This document shows, one piece after another, positions 27,913-38,978 of a stretch of 64,000 nucleotides of DNA. The notes under the pieces are model-generated. The model was not told the DNA's origin. It saw only the letters and a program-made list of their open reading frames with translations, and did no database searches. Position numbers and translations under genes: made by a program. This DNA is from Clostridium thermarum (GTDB taxonomy: Bacteria; Bacillota; Clostridia; Clostridiales; Clostridiaceae). The stretch is from contig NZ_CP040924.1 in the NCBI RefSeq assembly GCF_006351925.1, positions 2,235,860 through 2,299,859 of the forward strand, given 5' to 3'. Each line of letters opens with the position of its first letter. Position 1 is the first letter of the stretch.

Positions 27913-29310
27913 TTGTTCGTAGGAAGAGAATTTGAATTAGAGCAGTTGAATAAATTGTATGACCGAGGAAATTTTCAGTTGATTATAGTTTATGGCCGAC
28001 AAAAAGTAGGTAAGACTGCTCTGGTTAAAGAATTTTGCAAGGATAAACCTACATTATATTATGTTCCTGAAGAGCACAATGAAGTTCTTGCTTTTAATAG
28101 CTTTAGAAACCAGATAATCAATCATTTTGATATAAGAGATAAGGAGCTTCCCCTATCTAATTGGGAAGAAGCACTAAAAGCTATTTGCGTAAGCTCCGAA
28201 GGCTCAGAACTTGTATTGGTCCTGGATGAGTTCCCTTATCTTGTTAAAGAAAACCCTTCTCTCCCATCTATAATTCAGAAGGTTATTGAGCAATGCTATA
28301 AACAAAGCAAAATATTCTTGATTATAGTAAGTTCTTCAAATGGTTACGTGGAAAAGGATCTCCTGAACTCCAAAAGCGCCTTATATACCCTGAGAAATGC
28401 ACAGCTTAAAATAGAGCCTTTTAACTTTTTTGAAAGTTCACGGTTTTTCCCAAAGGTTTCCATCACGGAAAAGATTGTTTACTATTCAACCTTAGGGGGA
28501 ATACCCCAATACCTGCTTCAATTTGATTACAGCAAAGACTATGAGCAAAACCTCATGGAGTATATGTTAAATAAAACTACCTATTTATATGATGAACCGG
28601 AAGTCTACCTTAAGAGTCACATTGAAGACATAAATTTTGCCCATAGTTTATTATCCCTGCTATCAAAGGGCGACTTCAATTTAGAGAGATTTAATTATAA
28701 TGAGCCTCTAATGGTAGAAGACTTAATTACCATGTTAAAAAAGCTGAGAGACCTAAATATAATAAGCAGAAACCGCTCTGTGGGCAGAAGTACAGTAAGA
28801 CCTTGGAGCTACTATCACTTGGAAGATAACTTTTTTAGATTTTGGTATAGATTTATATATAAAAACCGCAGCCTCATTGAAATGAATATGAAAGAATATT
28901 TATATCAAAACAAGATAAAAAGAGACCTAAACAGCCATATAGGCTATGTCTTTGAAGAAATCTGCAGAGACTTTTTAATAAAGTATAATGCAGCATATAA
29001 GCTCCCCTTTGTCTTTGAGTCTATTGGCAGTTGGGTTGGCTACAATCCAACCTTGAGAAGGCCTTCTCAGCTGGACATAGTTGCTGTAAACAGCGAAAAT
29101 GCACTTATAGGGGAATGTAAATGGAATAATTCACTTCTTGAATTATCTACTATTCAGCATCTTATTAAGAAAACTGAAACTTTAAAGTATGACAACAAGT
29201 ACTACTGTTTCTTTAGCAAGTGCGGATATGACGAAGGATCTAAAGCCTATGCAAAAGAAAACAACAATGTGTTCTTGTTTACACTGGAAGATATAGAAAA
29301 TCTATTATAA
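27913..29310 (+). CDS. AAA+ ATPase fused to a C-terminal PD-(D/E)xK nuclease-like (DUF234-type) domain
   Basis: TTG start after GAGGTGA; Walker A GRQKVGKT, Walker B VLVLDEF; C-terminal QLDIVAV...IGECKW is a D...ExK nuclease core. Confidence 0.6.
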   Translation: MFVGREFELEQLNKLYDRGNFQLIIVYGRQKVGKTALVKEFCKDKPTLYYVPEEHNEVLAFNSFRNQIINHFDIRDKELPLSNWEEALKAICVSSEGSELVLVLDEFPYLVKENPSLPSIIQKVIEQCYKQSKIFLIIVSSSNGYVEKDLLNSKSALYTLRNAQLKIEPFNFFESSRFFPKVSITEKIVYYSTLGGIPQYLLQFDYSKDYEQNLMEYMLNKTTYLYDEPEVYLKSHIEDINFAHSLLSLLSKGDFNLERFNYNEPLMVEDLITMLKKLRDLNIISRNRSVGRSTVRPWSYYHLEDNFFRFWYRFIYKNRSLIEMNMKEYLYQNKIKRDLNSHIGYVFEEICRDFLIKYNAAYKLPFVFESIGSWVGYNPTLRRPSQLDIVAVNSENALIGECKWNNSLLELSTIQHLIKKTETLKYDNKYYCFFSKCGYDEGSKAYAKENNNVFLFTLEDIENLL

Positions 29311-29393
29311 ATTACAATTATTATTATAAAACTGAATAAACTTCCTAACTTTGTCAATAATTAAAAAGAGATAAAAGTAAGGGAAGTGATGTT

Positions 29394-30536
29394 ATGGATA
29401 AAAACAGGAGAATATTCTTAGTGGTTTTATTAGTTGTTGGTATTCTATTGTGTTCATGGAGCATATATAATTCAATACTAACCATGTCACAAAACAATAA
29501 TAGCGCATCATCAGATATATCTGACTCAGACAAAACTTCACAGAACAAGGACAGTAATAGTAAGCCTGTTGTAATAGATGATGCTGATGATGACGATGAT
29601 AAAGACGATGACAGAGATGATAGCGATAGAGATGATAGCGATAGAGATGAAAGCAATAGCAGTACCGATGATTATGAAGCCACAGAAACAAGCAGCAATG
29701 CTAATGAAAAGTATATAACATATACAGTGGGAGAAGATGAAACTCTCAAAGATATCTGTGAACAATACTCTGATAAAGTTCCTGTCTCACTGCTGTCAAA
29801 AGCTATATTGTTATCGAATAATCTAAAAAACTCAAAGGATATAAAAGAAGGAATGACTCTTAAAATTCCTGAAAAATACACCGGCGATGGCTTTATCTAC
29901 ACTGTAAAGATCGGAGATTCAATTTCTTCCATCGTTTCAAGGTTCATGAGTGACCTAGACTATATGGAAGCTGTAGAAAAGCTGAAAGCAGACAATTATT
30001 TGACCTCGGATACTATTAAGATCGGAGATGAACTCTTTGTTGCAGTTTCAGATCTTAGCTTAGTTAACGACTATGACAGAGGTTCTGATATCAATGTCAA
30101 CAGTGAAACGGAATATGACTCTGAGGGTACATCTATTGACGATGGAGATAGCATTTCAACAAGCAGTACATTGAGAAGTAGGATTGGAAATCTTACAACC
30201 TATACAGTGAAGGAAAACGAAACTCTTGCCACAATAAGCAAAAGATTTAGCGAAAGCTGTCCTCCTCAAACTGCAGCTAATATTATTTTAAAGGTTAACG
30301 GTTTAAGCAAAAGTGACGAAATAGAGGAAGGCATGACTATCAAAATTCCTGAAGAATACTTGTCACAAGGTACCATATATAAAGTACAGGTTGGTGACAC
30401 TCTCACAAGTATTGTAGAAGATAACTTCAGCGATATGGCCTGGTATGAAGCCGTAGCCATCTTATCAGAGGATAACAACCTAAAGAAAAACATGATCTTT
30501 GCTGGGCAAGAATTATTTATCCCCTCCATTGATTAA
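29394..30536 (+). CDS. membrane-anchored protein with four LysM repeats and a poly-Asp/Ser acidic tract
   Basis: N-terminal TM; DDADDDDDKDDDRDDSDRDDSDRDESNSS (encoded by a GATGATAGCGATAGAGAT tandem repeat); four Y(T/K)V..(G)(D/E)(T/S)L..I LysM units. Confidence 0.75.
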   Translation: MDKNRRIFLVVLLVVGILLCSWSIYNSILTMSQNNNSASSDISDSDKTSQNKDSNSKPVVIDDADDDDDKDDDRDDSDRDDSDRDESNSSTDDYEATETSSNANEKYITYTVGEDETLKDICEQYSDKVPVSLLSKAILLSNNLKNSKDIKEGMTLKIPEKYTGDGFIYTVKIGDSISSIVSRFMSDLDYMEAVEKLKADNYLTSDTIKIGDELFVAVSDLSLVNDYDRGSDINVNSETEYDSEGTSIDDGDSISTSSTLRSRIGNLTTYTVKENETLATISKRFSESCPPQTAANIILKVNGLSKSDEIEEGMTIKIPEEYLSQGTIYKVQVGDTLTSIVEDNFSDMAWYEAVAILSEDNNLKKNMIFAGQELFIPSID

Positions 30537-30677
30537 AATAAAAATAAGAGGCAGTAGTAAAATTATCAACTACTGTCTCTTATTTTTTACATTAACTTTA
30601 TAATTTTACAGTTTTCAGAAGGATTTTTTTGACTTTTGTTTAATAGTATATACTATAGGCATTTAGGGGGTTTTAAT

Positions 30678-31298
30678 ATGAACGAATGGTGGAACAGCTT
30701 ATCTTCTTTACTTAAATTTCTTTGGTTCTTAGCAATACCTTCATCAGTACTTTTTATTCTGCAGACCATACTCACTATAATTGGTATAGGCGAAATTAAT
30801 GATGTAGATGTAGATACAGACAGTAATCTAGATCTGGATTGCACTGATCATGACCATTCCATTTTTGCCGGTGCTGCATCCTTTAAAATCTTTACACTGA
30901 GAAATATAATTACTTTTTTCACTACATTCTCTTGGATCGGAATTGTATTTACTACTAATGGTTTTGAGTTTTCTATTACGCTTTCCTTGTCATTGCTTAT
31001 CAGTATTGCTCTGGTATTATTAATAAGCAGCTTGTACTACTTTTTTAGCCGTATGACACAGGAAGGAAACATGGATATAAATAAGGCCATAAATGCTCAG
31101 GGCCAGGTTTACCTCACCATTCCAGAAAGAAGGTCTGATACCGGTAAAGTTATGGTTCCAGTACAAGGTGTTCTCCGGGAGTTAGAGGCATTAACTGATG
31201 GTGATGCCATCCCTACCGGTGAAAAAGTTGTAGTCACAGGTATTGTTGATAACCAGTATTTACTGGTTGAAAAAATAACATCATTACAGGAGGTATAA
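30678..31298 (+). CDS. nfeD: NfeD-like membrane protein (flotillin partner, C-terminal OB-fold)
   Basis: Start MNEWW with AGGGGG RBS; N-terminal TM helices, C-terminal beta-rich domain; immediately upstream of and co-oriented with the flotillin gene, as in yuaF-floT. Confidence 0.65.
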   Translation: MNEWWNSLSSLLKFLWFLAIPSSVLFILQTILTIIGIGEINDVDVDTDSNLDLDCTDHDHSIFAGAASFKIFTLRNIITFFTTFSWIGIVFTTNGFEFSITLSLSLLISIALVLLISSLYYFFSRMTQEGNMDINKAINAQGQVYLTIPERRSDTGKVMVPVQGVLRELEALTDGDAIPTGEKVVVTGIVDNQYLLVEKITSLQEV

Positions 31299-31301
31299 AA
31301 C

Positions 31302-32699
31302 ATGAACCCAGTTATAATCATTACCATTATAGCAGTAGCACTTTTTACTACTATTGCTGCCATATTATCAAGGTATAAGAAATGTCCGTCAGATAAAATT
31401 CTCGTAATTTACGGTAAGACCAGTGTTGGCAGTAAAGGTGACCATCCTTCAGCCAAGTGTATACATGGTGGAGCAGCCTTCATCTGGCCAATCATTCAGA
31501 GCTTTGAATTTCTTGACCTTACACCACTATCAATTGAAGTTAATTTGACCAAAGCACTGAGCCGCCAAAATATAAGAGTAGATGTTCCTTCAAGATTTAC
31601 CGTTGGTATTTCTACTGAACCTGATATTATGCCCAATGCTGCCGAAAGATTGCTTGGTCTTGACCTTCAATCCATACAGGAGCTTGCAAAAGATATCATC
31701 TTCGGTCAGCTGAGATTGGTAATTGCCACAATGGACATAGAAGAAATCAATACTGACAGAGACAAGTTCCTTGCAAATGTGTCCAAGTGCGTAGAGGCAG
31801 AATTAAAAAAGATAGGTTTAAAGCTTATCAATGTTAACATCACAGACATCAAAGACGAATCCGGATATATCGAGGCTCTAGGTAAAGAAGCTGCTGCAAA
31901 AGCTATCAACGATGCAAAGAAAAGTGTTGCTGAAAAAGATAGAGACGGTGCTATCGGACAGGCAAATGCTCAGATGGAGCAGAGAATACGTGTATCCGAA
32001 GCAAATTCTAAGGCAGTAGAAGGAGAAAACCTGGCAAAAATCACCATTGCTAATTCTGAAGCAGATAAGAGAGAAAAAGAAGCTGAAGCTAACAGAAGAG
32101 CCGTAGCTGCAGAAAAGGTACAGGCTGCTAAGGCCTTAGAAGAAGCCTACTCCGCAGAAGAAGCAGCAGAAAGAGCCCGTGCAGAAAAAGAAAGAGCAAC
32201 TAAGACTGCTGACGTAATAGTACATGCTGAAATCGAAAAAGAAAAGGCTCAGATAAGTGCTGAAGCTGAGGCTGAAACTATAAGAAGAAGAGCTAAGGGT
32301 GAAGCTGATGCTATATTGTTTAAAATGCAAGCAGAAGCTGCTGGTATGATGGAAATCCTGGGTAAACAGGCAGAAGGTTTTGCTAAGTTGGTTGCCGCTG
32401 CAGGAAACAATCCTAAGGATGCTGTATCCTTGATGATTGCTGATAAATTAGAAGATATAGTAAAACTTCAGGTTGAAGCGATTAAAAATATTAAGATAGA
32501 TAAGATAACAGTATGGGATTCTATGAACGGCGGAGGAACCAATGGTATCCCAACCACTGCCAACTTCCTTTCAGGAATGCTAAAATCCATACCACCCTTC
32601 CAGGATGTTTTTAACATGGCTGGCTTACAGTTACCGGAATACCTGGCCGCAAAAAAAGAAGAGGAAGCTTCTGAAGAAGCAATTGAAAATGAAGAATAA
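31302..32699 (+). CDS. floT: flotillin-like SPFH/band-7 protein
   Basis: N-terminal TM, SPFH domain, long Ala/Glu-rich coiled-coil EA repeats (AEAEAETIRRRAKGEAD), acidic C-terminus. Confidence 0.85.
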   Translation: MNPVIIITIIAVALFTTIAAILSRYKKCPSDKILVIYGKTSVGSKGDHPSAKCIHGGAAFIWPIIQSFEFLDLTPLSIEVNLTKALSRQNIRVDVPSRFTVGISTEPDIMPNAAERLLGLDLQSIQELAKDIIFGQLRLVIATMDIEEINTDRDKFLANVSKCVEAELKKIGLKLINVNITDIKDESGYIEALGKEAAAKAINDAKKSVAEKDRDGAIGQANAQMEQRIRVSEANSKAVEGENLAKITIANSEADKREKEAEANRRAVAAEKVQAAKALEEAYSAEEAAERARAEKERATKTADVIVHAEIEKEKAQISAEAEAETIRRRAKGEADAILFKMQAEAAGMMEILGKQAEGFAKLVAAAGNNPKDAVSLMIADKLEDIVKLQVEAIKNIKIDKITVWDSMNGGGTNGIPTTANFLSGMLKSIPPFQDVFNMAGLQLPEYLAAKKEEEASEEAIENEE

Positions 32700-32715
32700 A
32701 AAATTAAGAATGAAT

Positions 32716-32746
32716 AAAAAAATCCAGCCAATGGCTGGATTTTTTC
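32716..32746. terminator. bidirectional terminator between floT and gltD
   Basis: ATCCAGCC-AATG-GCTGGAT flanked by A-run and T-run. Confidence 0.6.
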
Positions 32747-32776
32747 AATTTAATTCTTAAATCTTAATTTTAATTA

Positions 32777-34195
32777 TTATTTCATAAGATATTTATCCAC
32801 AGCTCCTGCTGTTCTCAAACCTTCGTTAAGTGCCCTTACCACCAAGGATTGGCCTGTTCTCATATCTCCGGCGGCAAAGACACCTTTTATGCTGGTCATG
32901 TAGTTTTCGTCTGTTTCTACATTACCTCTTTCATCCAGCTTAACTCCTAGCTGCTCCAGCATGCCTTCTTTTTTAGGATTTGTAAAGCCCATGGCAATGA
33001 GTATTAAGTCTGCCTGCTGCACAAATTCGCTGCCTTCAACTTCCTTCATAACCATTCTTCCGCTGGAATCCTTATCCCAAAGCACTCTTACTCCATGCAG
33101 GGCTCTCACAGTACCTTTATGCCCAACGATTTTTTTAGTATTCACTAACCATTCTCTTATGCAGCCTTCTTCATGAGAGGTAGAAGTCTTTAGTGTTCTT
33201 GGATATTCCGGCCAAGGCATGGTTTCGTCCCTCTCCAGAGGTGGCTTAGGCATTATTTCGTACTGGTATACTTCTTTAGCCCCCTGGCGTCTGGCTGTAC
33301 CTATACAGTCTGATCCGGTATCTCCACCACCTATAACTATAACAACCTTATCCTTTGCACTGATTTCCTCTTCCTCAAAAGTCTTACCTGCATTTTTCTT
33401 ATTTTGCTGTTTTAGAAACTCCATTGCAAAATGAACACCCTTAAGCTCTCTTCCCTCAACCTTTAGATCTCTGGGAATTGCACAGCCGCCGGCCAATACA
33501 ACAGCATCATAATCTTTTAAAAGTTCTTTAGCATTGATATCTTTACCTATTTCACAGTTTGTGACAAATTTGATTCCTTCTTCTTTTAGTATGGTAACTC
33601 TTCTTTCCACAAACCTCTTTTCAAGCTTAAAGTCCGGAATGCCGTATCTTAAGAGTCCTCCCACTTCATCATCCTTCTCATATACTGTCACTGTGTGGCC
33701 AAAGGAATTTAGTCTCACTGCTGTGGCAAGACCGGAGGGGCCTGAACCTATTACAGCTACCTTTTTGCCGGTTCTAACCTTTGGTGGTTCCGGTTTTACC
33801 CAGCCTTCCTCAAAAGCCTTTTCAATGATTGTATACTCTATTTGCTCTATGGTAACCGGATCTCTGTTGACTCCTAAAGTACAAGAACCTTCACATGGGG
33901 CCGGGCATATTCTACCGGTGAACTCAGGGAAAGGATTGGTCAAAGATAATCTCTTGTAAGCCTTTTCCCATAGGCCCTTATAAACCATGTGATTAAATTC
34001 CGGTATAAGATTTCCTAAAGGACATCCCCAATTACAAAAGGGAGTTCCGCAGTCCATACATCTGGCCCCTTGAATTCTAACTTCATCCCCAGGCAATGTC
34101 AAATTTATTTCTTTATAGTCCTTTATTCTTTCTTCTACGGATCTCTTATCAGATATTTTTCTGCTATACTCTTTGAAACCTGTTACTTTTCCCAT
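32777..34195 (-). CDS. gltD: glutamate synthase (NADPH) small subunit
   Basis: 472 aa; N-terminal 4Fe-4S Cys clusters, two Rossmann GxGxxG motifs (VAVIGSGPSG; VIVIGGGDTG). Confidence 0.9.
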   Translation of the reverse strand: MGKVTGFKEYSRKISDKRSVEERIKDYKEINLTLPGDEVRIQGARCMDCGTPFCNWGCPLGNLIPEFNHMVYKGLWEKAYKRLSLTNPFPEFTGRICPAPCEGSCTLGVNRDPVTIEQIEYTIIEKAFEEGWVKPEPPKVRTGKKVAVIGSGPSGLATAVRLNSFGHTVTVYEKDDEVGGLLRYGIPDFKLEKRFVERRVTILKEEGIKFVTNCEIGKDINAKELLKDYDAVVLAGGCAIPRDLKVEGRELKGVHFAMEFLKQQNKKNAGKTFEEEEISAKDKVVIVIGGGDTGSDCIGTARRQGAKEVYQYEIMPKPPLERDETMPWPEYPRTLKTSTSHEEGCIREWLVNTKKIVGHKGTVRALHGVRVLWDKDSSGRMVMKEVEGSEFVQQADLILIAMGFTNPKKEGMLEQLGVKLDERGNVETDENYMTSIKGVFAAGDMRTGQSLVVRALNEGLRTAGAVDKYLMK

Positions 34196-34196
34196 A

Positions 34197-34475
34197 TTAT
34201 GCCCCCCTCTCCGCTTGTACTCTTTCCTCTTCTACTTTTCTGCTCTTTAAAATCTGCTTGTAGACTGTAGGAATGACCTTTTTAAACTTGCTGCAATGCT
34301 CTTCCCACTGCTCTAATATTGTCCTTGCCTTCTTGCTGTCCGTTAAGTGATAATGCTCTTGAATCAAGGCCTTAACCTGTTCTAAATCCTCTGCATCCAG
34401 TTCGTCAATTTCAACCATTTCCCTATTGCAGTATTGATGAATGCTGTCCTTTTCATCATATATATGCAATACCAC
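34197..34475 (-). pseudogene. gltB: C-terminal about 90 codons of glutamate synthase large subunit displaced into another frame
   Basis: ORF ...[25 protein letters not shown]...ARTILEQWEEHCSKFKKVIPTVYKQIL resembles the canonical GltB C-terminal tail. It overlaps the gltB stop by 20 nt at an ATATATAT tract. Confidence 0.55.
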
Positions 34476-37400
34476 CGCTCATACCTGCTGCGAGATTTCT
34501 TCCATAATGGCCCAGTACCACAACCAGTCCTCCTGTCATATATTCACAGCAGTGGTCCCCAACTCCTTCAACTACTGCAGTAGCTCCGCTATTTCTTACA
34601 GCAAATCTTTCGCCTACACAGCCATTTACAAATAATTTACCGTCAGTGGCCCCGTATAAAATGGTGTTTCCCGCAATAAAATTCTCGTCCTGTCTGAAGG
34701 TTGAGCCTTCAGGTGTCTTAAGAACGATTTTTGCGCCGGAAAGTCCCTTTGCCACATAATCGTTAGCTTCACCTTCCAATATTAAGGTTAAGCCTTTAGC
34801 ACCAAAGGCCCCGAAGCTCTGTCCTGCAGAACCCACAAGGTTATATACAATAGTATCCTCTGGCAGGCCTTCACTGCCATAACGCCTTGCAATTTCTCCG
34901 CTGAGCATAGCACCAATGGTTCTGTTGGTATTCTTTACTTCAAAACTTCCTTTAACCTTTTTTCCTTCATCCAAGGCCTTTTTAGCACATTCAATCAATC
35001 TGAAGTCTAAGGAATTGCCTAGACCATGGTCCTGTGGAATTACACAGTAAGGTTTTATTCTGCTCGGCATATCCGGTTTATATAAAATAGGAGATAAGTC
35101 AAGTTTTGATGCCTTCCAGTGCTCAATGGCATCATTGACCTCAAGTATTTCTGAATGTCCAACCATTTCATTTATAGTTCTAAAGCCAAGCTGTGCCATA
35201 TACTCTCTAACTTCCTGAGCAAGGAAAGTAAAGTAGTTGATAATGTGCTCCGGCTTTCCTCTAAAGTTCTTTCTTAGCTCAGGATCCTGGGTGGCTATAC
35301 CCATGTCGCAAGTGTTCAAATGGCAATTTCTAAGCATTGTACACCCCAAAACCACAAGGGCAGAAGTTGCAAAGCCAAACTCTTCAGCTCCCAACAGGGT
35401 CGCTATTACTATATCTCGTCCGGTTCTAAGTTGGCCATCAGTCTGAATTCTCACCCTGCTTCTAAGATTGTTCATCCGCAGTACCTGATGACTCTCAGCC
35501 AGACCCAACTCCCATGGCAAGCCTGCATGCTTGATGGATGAAAGCGGTGATGCTCCTGTACCTCCATCGTGGCCGCTTATCAAGATCATGTCAGCATGAG
35601 CCTTTGCAACACCGGCAGCTACTGTTCCAACTCCAACTTCTGAAACCAGCTTTACACTGATTCTGGCTGCTGGATTTACATTCTTAAGGTCAAAGATTAA
35701 CTGTGATAGATCCTCAATAGAATAGATATCATGATGCGGTGGTGGCGATATTAAATCTATACCGGGTGTAGAATGTCTAACCCTGGCAATTTCTTTATCC
35801 ACCTTGGTTCCTGCTAACTGTCCACCTTCTCCCGGTTTTGCTCCCTGGGCCATTTTTATCTGTAATTCTATAGCATTTACAAGGTACTCAGTAGTTACAC
35901 CAAAACGTGCAGAAGCTATCTGCTTGATTGCACTTCTTCGTATATCTCCGTTGGCATCTCTCACATATCTCTCTGCATCTTCTCCGCCTTCTCCGGAGTT
36001 ACTCTTAGCCCCCAGTCGATTCATGGCTATAGCTATGGTTTCATGTGCTTCCTTGCTGATAGAACCAAAGGACATTGCACCTGTACAAAATCTCTTGACA
36101 ATTTCACTTACCGGTTCAACCTCATCTATAGGTATAGGCTTTATATTATCCTTGAATTTCAAAAGTGCTCTTAGGGTACATAAATTTTTACTTTGGTCAT
36201 TAACCATAGCAGTATACTGCTTGAAAATGCTGTAATCACCACGTCTTACTGCCATCTGCAGCCTGGATATGGTCATTGGATTTAATAAGTGGAATTCTCC
36301 ATCTTTTCTCCAAGCGTATTGTCCTCCGGATTCTAATTCCTTCAAGGGTCTTCTTATATTATTGAAAGCCTTTTTATGTCTTATTAAAACTTCCTCTGCT
36401 ATGATATCCAGTCCTACACCCTCAATTCTGGAAGGAGTACCTTCAAAGTATTTGTCAACAAAGTCTTTAGCAAGTCCTACTGCTTCAAAGATTTGGGCTC
36501 CATGATAGCTCTGCAGTGTACATATGCCCATCTTGGATAAAATCTTTAATAAGCCTGCACATAGGGCCTTGATATAGTTATTTATGGCCACTTTGGTGTC
36601 CACTTTTTCTATATCCCCATCCTTAATGAGCTGCTCTATACTCTCATAGGCCAAATATGGGTTTACTGCTGTTGCCCCATAGCCTACCAGTAATGCAAGA
36701 TGCATTGTTTCCCTAACTTCACCGGTCTCTACAATTATGGATACCTTAGTTCTGGTTTTTTCTCTTATGAGATGGTGGTGAACTGCTGAAACAGCCAGTA
36801 AGCTTGGTATGGCTGCATCATAGGCGTCCACCTTCTTATCACTGAGTACAAGTATATTATAGCCTTCCTGAATTCTCTTGGATGCCCTCTGGCAAATTAT
36901 ATCCAAAGCCTTCTTAAAGCCTTCCACCCCTGTATCATACTTAAAGGTCATGGGTATTACAGTAGATTTAAAATCCTTGTCTCTGAAATTCTTTATTTTG
37001 CCCATCTCTTCATTGGTCAATACCGGCCTCTCCAGTTTTATATATGGATTATCCTCCATATCATCCTTTAGTATATTCTCCTGAGACCCCATATAGTTCA
37101 TAAGAGACATAACAATTTTCTCTCTTATAGGATCTATAGGCGGATTTGTTACCTGTGCAAACAGCTGCTTAAAGTATGAAAACAGATTTTGTGGTCTGTT
37201 GGATAAAACAGCTAATGGAGTATCATTACCCATGGATCCCAGAGGTTCTTTACCCTGTTCCGCCATAGTGGCTATTATTATATTGGTATCCTCTAGAGTG
37301 TATCCGAACGCGCATTGCTTCTCCTTTAAAAACTCTCCCGGAAGAGTGGCATCCGGTACACTTTCTTTGTAATTATCAAGAGTCCTTCTGTTTTTCCTAA

Positions 37401-38730
37401 TTATGTCTAAATAGGGTTTGGACTTACATACAGTTTCCTTTATTTCATCATCTTCAATAATTCTGCCCTCTTTAATATCAATCAAAAACATCTTACCGGG
37501 AGTTAATTTACCTTTTCTTTCAATTTCCTCAGGCTTGAAATTTAAAACTCCAGCTTCGGAAGCAAGTACTGCAACTCCGCTCTTAGTTACAACATATCTA
37601 GCCGGCCTCAGACCGTTTCTGTCCAAAGTAGCTCCTACTTGTATACCATCACTGAAAACTACAGCAGCAGGTCCATCCCAGGGCTCTATAAGAGACCCAT
37701 GGTACTCGTAAAAGGCCTTAAGTTGTTCATCCATATGATCGTTGCCTTCCCATGCTTCCGGTATTAACATCATCATTGCATGGGCCATACTTCTTCCATC
37801 ACATTCTAAGAGCTCAAAGGCATTATCCAGTGACTCAGAGTCGCTACCATTCTTTTTGATTATTGGAAACAGCTTATCGATGTCCTTACCAATGGTTTTG
37901 GATTTCAAGACACCTTCGCGGGCATGCATCCAGTTCCTGTTTCCCCTTATGGTATTTATTTCTCCGTTATGAGCCAAATATCTAAAAGGCTGAGCTAGTC
38001 CCCAGGTTGGGAAGGTATTGGTACTGTATCTTTGGTGAACCACTGCAATGGCACTTTTAAAATTAGTGTCATCTAAATCCACATAATAGCTGTTAATCTG
38101 TTGAGCTACAAAGAGTCCCTTATAAACAATGGTTCTGCTTGATAGTGAGCATATATAGAAATATTCAGAACTTCTCTTTATTAGCAGGTCTACTTCACTT
38201 TCTATGCTCTTTCTGATAATATAAAGAGTTCTTTCAAAAGCCCTGCTGTCCTCACAGTTACTTTCGATAAATACCTGTCTTATAGTTGGTTCTGTTCCTC
38301 TGGCAGTTTCTCCAATTACTCTATTATCCACTGGAACATCTCTCCAGCCAAGGACCTTTTGTCCTTCTGTCTGAACGATTCTTTCTACAATTCCCTCGCA
38401 CTGCAATCTCACAGCGGGTTCTCTTGGAAGAAAGATCATACCAACTGCATACTTCGATGGCCTTGGCAACTGAATACCTAGATTTTCACACTGTATTCTA
38501 AAAAACTCATCAGGTACTTGCACCATGATTCCAGCTCCGTCACCGGTATTTGGATCCGAGCCCACAGCCCCTCTATGTGTAAGGTTTTGAAGAACCTTGA
38601 GAGCATTTTTTACTAAACTATGGCTTTTTTCACCTTTTATATTTGCAACAAAGCCAACTCCACAACTATCTTTTTCCTGTTCTGGATCATATAGCCCTTG
38701 CGCTTCAGGAAATCCCATTTGAAACTTCAT
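34456..38730 (-). CDS. gltB: glutamate synthase large subunit (reading frame terminates prematurely at a (TA)n tract)
   Basis: Start [25 protein letters not shown] (Cys1 amidotransferase), FMN and 3Fe-4S domains, GXXCXYMTGG beta-helix; GGGGGG RBS. Ends ...[11 protein letters not shown]-stop where homologues continue. Confidence 0.85.
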   Translation of the reverse strand: MKFQMGFPEAQGLYDPEQEKDSCGVGFVANIKGEKSHSLVKNALKVLQNLTHRGAVGSDPNTGDGAGIMVQVPDEFFRIQCENLGIQLPRPSKYAVGMIFLPREPAVRLQCEGIVERIVQTEGQKVLGWRDVPVDNRVIGETARGTEPTIRQVFIESNCEDSRAFERTLYIIRKSIESEVDLLIKRSSEYFYICSLSSRTIVYKGLFVAQQINSYYVDLDDTNFKSAIAVVHQRYSTNTFPTWGLAQPFRYLAHNGEINTIRGNRNWMHAREGVLKSKTIGKDIDKLFPIIKKNGSDSESLDNAFELLECDGRSMAHAMMMLIPEAWEGNDHMDEQLKAFYEYHGSLIEPWDGPAAVVFSDGIQVGATLDRNGLRPARYVVTKSGVAVLASEAGVLNFKPEEIERKGKLTPGKMFLIDIKEGRIIEDDEIKETVCKSKPYLDIIRKNRRTLDNYKESVPDATLPGEFLKEKQCAFGYTLEDTNIIIATMAEQGKEPLGSMGNDTPLAVLSNRPQNLFSYFKQLFAQVTNPPIDPIREKIVMSLMNYMGSQENILKDDMEDNPYIKLERPVLTNEEMGKIKNFRDKDFKSTVIPMTFKYDTGVEGFKKALDIICQRASKRIQEGYNILVLSDKKVDAYDAAIPSLLAVSAVHHHLIREKTRTKVSIIVETGEVRETMHLALLVGYGATAVNPYLAYESIEQLIKDGDIEKVDTKVAINNYIKALCAGLLKILSKMGICTLQSYHGAQIFEAVGLAKDFVDKYFEGTPSRIEGVGLDIIAEEVLIRHKKAFNNIRRPLKELESGGQYAWRKDGEFHLLNPMTISRLQMAVRRGDYSIFKQYTAMVNDQSKNLCTLRALLKFKDNIKPIPIDEVEPVSEIVKRFCTGAMSFGSISKEAHETIAIAMNRLGAKSNSGEGGEDAERYVRDANGDIRRSAIKQIASARFGVTTEYLVNAIELQIKMAQGAKPGEGGQLAGTKVDKEIARVRHSTPGIDLISPPPHHDIYSIEDLSQLIFDLKNVNPAARISVKLVSEVGVGTVAAGVAKAHADMILISGHDGGTGASPLSSIKHAGLPWELGLAESHQVLRMNNLRSRVRIQTDGQLRTGRDIVIATLLGAEEFGFATSALVVLGCTMLRNCHLNTCDMGIATQDPELRKNFRGKPEHIINYFTFLAQEVREYMAQLGFRTINEMVGHSEILEVNDAIEHWKASKLDLSPILYKPDMPSRIKPYCVIPQDHGLGNSLDFRLIECAKKALDEGKKVKGSFEVKNTNRTIGAMLSGEIARRYGSEGLPEDTIVYNLVGSAGQSFGAFGAKGLTLILEGEANDYVAKGLSGAKIVLKTPEGSTFRQDENFIAGNTILYGATDGKLFVNGCVGERFAVRNSGATAVVEGVGDHCCEYMTGGLVVVLGHYGRNLAAGMSGGIAYI

Positions 38731-38978
38731 TTTATAGCCCCCCACACCAAAAAGTATTTATTTTCATTATACACTGAATTATCAATATTTCAATATATTT
38801 TTTGTATTTTTGTTAACTATTTGTCGTTTTATTTAATAAATATTATGTTTAAACCGCATTTTGTTACTACATTGTTACGCAGTATTCGTTTTCATTTCAT
38901 GAAATAAAAAAAGAAGAATGCAAGAATGAAGGTGCAATTCTTTCATTCTTACATTCTTCTTTTTTATCCTGAGTATTT

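Noticed and set aside
29354-29881. Ser/Leu-rich and His/Tyr-rich minus-strand ORFs overlapping the LysM gene
   Set aside because: They are artefacts of the GAT/AGC tandem repeat encoding the poly-Asp tract.
34456-38745. Many plus-strand ORFs (35237-38907) inside gltB
   Set aside because: They are antisense shadow ORFs within a very long, clearly real CDS, with no RBSs and no coding signatures.
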